From assembly GCF_009914755.1 (NCBI RefSeq), contig NC_060928.1: a DNA stretch of 64,000 nucleotides, one strand, 5' to 3'. Position 1 is the stretch's first letter; the number at the start of each line of letters is the position of its first letter. The stretch is from the human T2T-CHM13v2.0 reference genome, Homo sapiens. The translations under genes were made by a program, and so were the position numbers. Under the pieces are notes generated by a model. The model did no database searches. It was given only the letters and a program-made list of their open reading frames with translations, and had not been told where the DNA came from. Of the stretch, positions 60,501-64,000 are shown one piece after another.

Positions 60501-63500
60501 CTTTGATATTTTATGTACAGTATATAATACATACTATTGGTACTTTGATATTTTATGTACAGTATACAATATATAGTTTGAGTACTTTGATATTTTATAT
60601 CCAGTATAAAATATAAAGATTTCATACTTTGATATTTTATGTACTGAATGTAGTTTGAGTACTTTGATATTTTATGTACACTTTATTATAAAAGTTTGGG
60701 TACTTTCATATTTTTCGTACAGTATATAATACATACTTTGGGCACTTTGATGTTTTATGTACAGTATATAATACATACTTTGGGTTCTTTGATATTTTAT
60801 GTACAGCATATAATACATAATTTGGGGACTTTTATATTTTATGTACATTATATTATACATACTTTGGGTACTTTTATATTTTATGTACGGTATATAATAC
60901 ATACTTTGGGTACTTTGATATATTATGTACCGTATATAATACATACTTTGGGTACTTTGATATATTATGTACAGTATATAATACATACTAAGGGTACTTT
61001 GACATTTTATGTACAGTACATAATACTTACTTTGGGTACTTTGATATATTATATACAGTATATAATGCATACTTTGGATACTTTGATATTTTATGTATAG
61101 TATATAATACATACTTTGGGTACTTTGATATTTTATGTACAGTATGTAATACATAATTTGGGTAATTTAATATTTTATGTATAGTATATAATACATACTT
61201 TGGGTACTTTGATATTTTATGGACAGTGTATAATACATACTTTGGGTACTTTGATATTTTATGTACAGTGTATAATATATAGTTTGGGTACTTTGATATT
61301 TTATATACAGTATATAATACATACTTTGGGTACTTTGATATTTTATGTACAGTATATAATATATAGTTTGGGTACTTTGATATTTTATGTACGGTATATA
61401 ATACATACTTTGGGTACTTTGATATTTTATTTACAGTATATAATACATGCTTTGGGTACTTTGATATTTTATGTACAGTATATAATACATACTTTGGGTA
61501 CTTTGATATTTTATGTACAGTATACAATATATAGTTTGAGTACTTTGATATTTTATGTGCAGTATAAAATATATAGTGTTGGTAGTTTGATATTTTATGT
61601 ACAGTATATATTTTGAGTACTTTGATATTTTATGTACAGTTTATTATAAATGTTTGGGTACTTTCATATTTGATGTACAGTATATAATACATAATTTGGG
61701 CACTTTGATATTTTATGTACAGTATATAATACATACTTTGGGTACTTTTATATTTTATGTACAGTATATAATACATACTTTGGGTACTTTGATATTTAAT
61801 GTACAGTATATAATACACACTTTGAGTACTTTGATATTTTATGTAACGTATGTAATACATATTTTGGGTAGTTTGATATTTTATGTACAGTATGTAGTAC
61901 ACACTTTGGGTACTTTGATATTTTATGTACAGTATGTAAAACATACTTTGGGTACTTTGATATTTTATGTACAGTATGCAATATATAGTTTGAGTACTTT
62001 GATATTTTATGTACAGTTTATTATAAATGTTTGGGTAGTTTCATATTTGATGTACTGTATATAATACATAATTTGGGCACTTTGATATTTTATGTACAGT
62101 ATATAATACATACTTTGGGTAATTTTATATTTTATGTACAGTATATAATACATACTTTGGATACTTTGATATTTAATGTACAGTATATAATGCACACTTT
62201 GCGTACTGTGATATTTTATGTAAAGTATGTAATACATACTGTGGGTAGTTTGATATTTTATGTACAGTATGTAATACACACTTTGGGTACTTTGATATTT
62301 TATGTATAGTATATAATACATACTTTGGGTACTTTGATATTTTATGTACAGTATGTAATACATAATTTGGGTAATTTAATATTTTATGTATAGTATATAA
62401 TACATACTTTGGGTACTTTGATATTTTATGGACAGTGTATAATACATACTTTGGGTACTTTGATATTTTATGTACAGTGTATAATATATAGTTTGGGTAC
62501 TTTGATATTTTATATACAGTATATAATACATACTTTGGGTACTTTGATATTTTATGTACAGTATATAATATATAGTTTGGGTACTTTGATATTTTATGTA
62601 CGGTATATAATACATACTTTGGGTACTTTGATATTTTATGTACAGTATATAATACATACTTTGGGTACTTTGATATTTTATGTACAGTATACAATATATA
62701 GTTTGAGTACTTTGATATTTTATGTGCAGTATAAAATATATAGTGTTGGTAGTTTGATGTTTTATGTACAGTATATATTTTGAGTACTTTGATATTTTAT
62801 GTACAGTTTATTATAAATGTTTGGGTACTTTCATATTTGATGTACAGTATATAATACATAATTTGGGCACTTTGATATTTTATGTACAGTATATAATACA
62901 TACTTTGGGTACTTTTATATTTTATGTACAGTATATAATACATACTTTGGGTACTTTGATATTTAATGTACAGTATATAATACACACTTTGCGTACTTTG
63001 ATATTTTATGTAACGTATGTAATACATACTTTGGGTAGTTTGATATTTTATGTACAGTATGTAGTACACACTTTGGATACTTTGATATTTTATGTACAGT
63101 ATGTAAAACATACTTTGGGTACTTTGATATTTTATGTACAGTATATAATATATAGTTTGGGTACTTTGATATTTTATATACAGTATATAATACATACTTT
63201 TGGTACTTTGATATTTTATGTACAGTATATAATACGTACTTTGGGTACTTTGATATTTTATGTACAGTATGCAATATATATTTTGAGTACTTTGATATTT
63301 TATGTACAGTTTATTATAAATGTTTGGGTAGTTTCATATTTGACGTACAGTATATTATACATAATTTGGGCACTTTGATATTTTATGTACAGTATATAAT
63401 ACATACTTTGGGTAATTTTATATTTTATGTACAGTATATATTACATACTTTGGGTACTTTGATATTTAATGTACAGTATATAATGCACACTTTGCGTACT

Positions 63501-64000
63501 GTGATATTTTATGTAAAGTATGTAATACATACTGTGGGTAGTTTGATATTTTATGTACAGTATGTAATACACACTTTGGGTACTTTGATATTTTATGTAC
63601 AGTATGTAAAACGTACTTTGGGTAGTTTGATATTTTGTGATGAGTATATAATACACATTTTGGGTACTTTGATATTTTATGTACAGGATATAATGCATAT
63701 TTTGGGTACTTTGATAGTTTATGTACAGTATATAATACATACTTTGGGTACTTTGATATTTTATGTATAGTATAAAATATATAGTTCGGGTAGTTTCATA
63801 TTTTATGTACAGTATGTAAAACATACTTTGGGGAGTTTGATATTTTATAAAAAGTATATAATACACATTTTGTGTACTTTGATATTTTATGTACAGTATA
63901 TAATACATACTTTGGGTACTTTGATATTTTATGTACAGTATATATTACATACTTTGGGTACTTTGATATTTTATGTACAGTATACAATATATAGTTTGAG

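Larger units (their letters stand above)
1..64000. repeat. HSat1A (classical Satellite I / SAR) 42-bp tandem satellite array, T-rich strand on +
   Basis: Seen: a continuous tandem 42-bp unit TACTTTGGGTACTTTGATATTTTATGTACAGTATATAATACA from the first to the last base (roughly 1,500 monomers), with 10/42 G+C. The reverse complement reads ACATAAAATATCAAAGT (17 bp) + ACCCAAAGTATGTATTATATACTGT (25 bp). Known: this matches the alternating RsaI 17/25-bp units of human Satellite I (HSat1A), found on the acrocentric short arms and in the chr3/chr4 centromeric regions. The tandem satellite call is essentially certain; the family name is from recall, without a database search. Confidence 0.95.

Noticed and set aside
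351-63987. Hundreds of ORFs on both strands (up to 359 aa at 55320-56399) with 14-aa repeats such as TLGTLIFYVQYIIH and MYYILYIKYQSTQS
   Set aside because: The 42-bp unit is divisible by 3 and four of six frames lack stops in the consensus. The ORFs overlap in multiple frames, many start at TTG, and they break at the 35/41-bp junctions. There are no recognisable domains or gene context.
1-64000. CRISPR-like repeat-spacer array (conserved GTACTTTGATATTTTATGTACAG plus a more variable part)
   Set aside because: The variable parts are point variants of one consensus, not unique spacers. There is no leader and no cas genes.
1-64000. TATA-box-like TATATAA and nuclear-receptor half-site-like TGTACA in nearly every monomer
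   Set aside because: These are an intrinsic consequence of the AT-rich consensus, with no promoter context or downstream gene.
1-64000. Alpha satellite, HSat2/3, HSat1B, telomeric repeat, or embedded Alu/L1 insertion
   Set aside because: I saw no 171-bp unit or CENP-B box, no CATTC or TTAGGG runs, and no GC-rich or poly-A-tailed interruption.
1-64000. Strand inversion within the array
   Set aside because: The reverse-complement motif (CAAAGTACCCAAAGTA) was not seen on the + strand, so orientation appears uniform.
1-64000. Programmed cassette-shuffling system (antigenic variation, diversity-generating or recombinase-driven array)
   Set aside because: There is no recombinase, reverse transcriptase, expression locus or specific recombination site. 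Ordinary satellite turnover explains the shuffling.
1-64000. Assignment to a specific chromosome or species
   Set aside because: HSat1A occurs on several human chromosomes and in other apes, and no unique flank is present. Mapping of rare k-mers to assemblies would be required.

Overview
The whole 64 kb is one uninterrupted, single-orientation, AT-rich tandem satellite array. The consensus monomer is 42 bp (TACTTTGGGTACTTTGATATTTTATGTACAGTATATAATACA, about 24% GC, no CpG). Its two GTAC (RsaI) sites split it into alternating 17-bp and 25-bp subunits, the signature of primate/human classical Satellite I, i.e. HSat1A (Repbase SAR). I see no genes, RNA genes, transposons or CRISPR arrays. The ORF track is an artefact of a 42-bp (14-codon) unit with four stop-free frames. 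I found no new gene-based biological system. The real structure is higher-order: the array is punctuated about 70-75 times by a stereotyped cassette of variant monomers containing a 35-bp and a 41-bp unit. This defines blocks of about 76+42n bp, which recur as a shuffled mosaic of 1-4 kb near-identical copies at many offsets (about 4.9, 15.8, 18.4, 25.3, 29.4, 30.4 and 34.2 kb), plus small local 5-mer and 6-mer expansions. Offsets were derived by eye from shared variants and matching ORF coordinates, not by alignment, and the species and chromosome of origin cannot be determined from this window.
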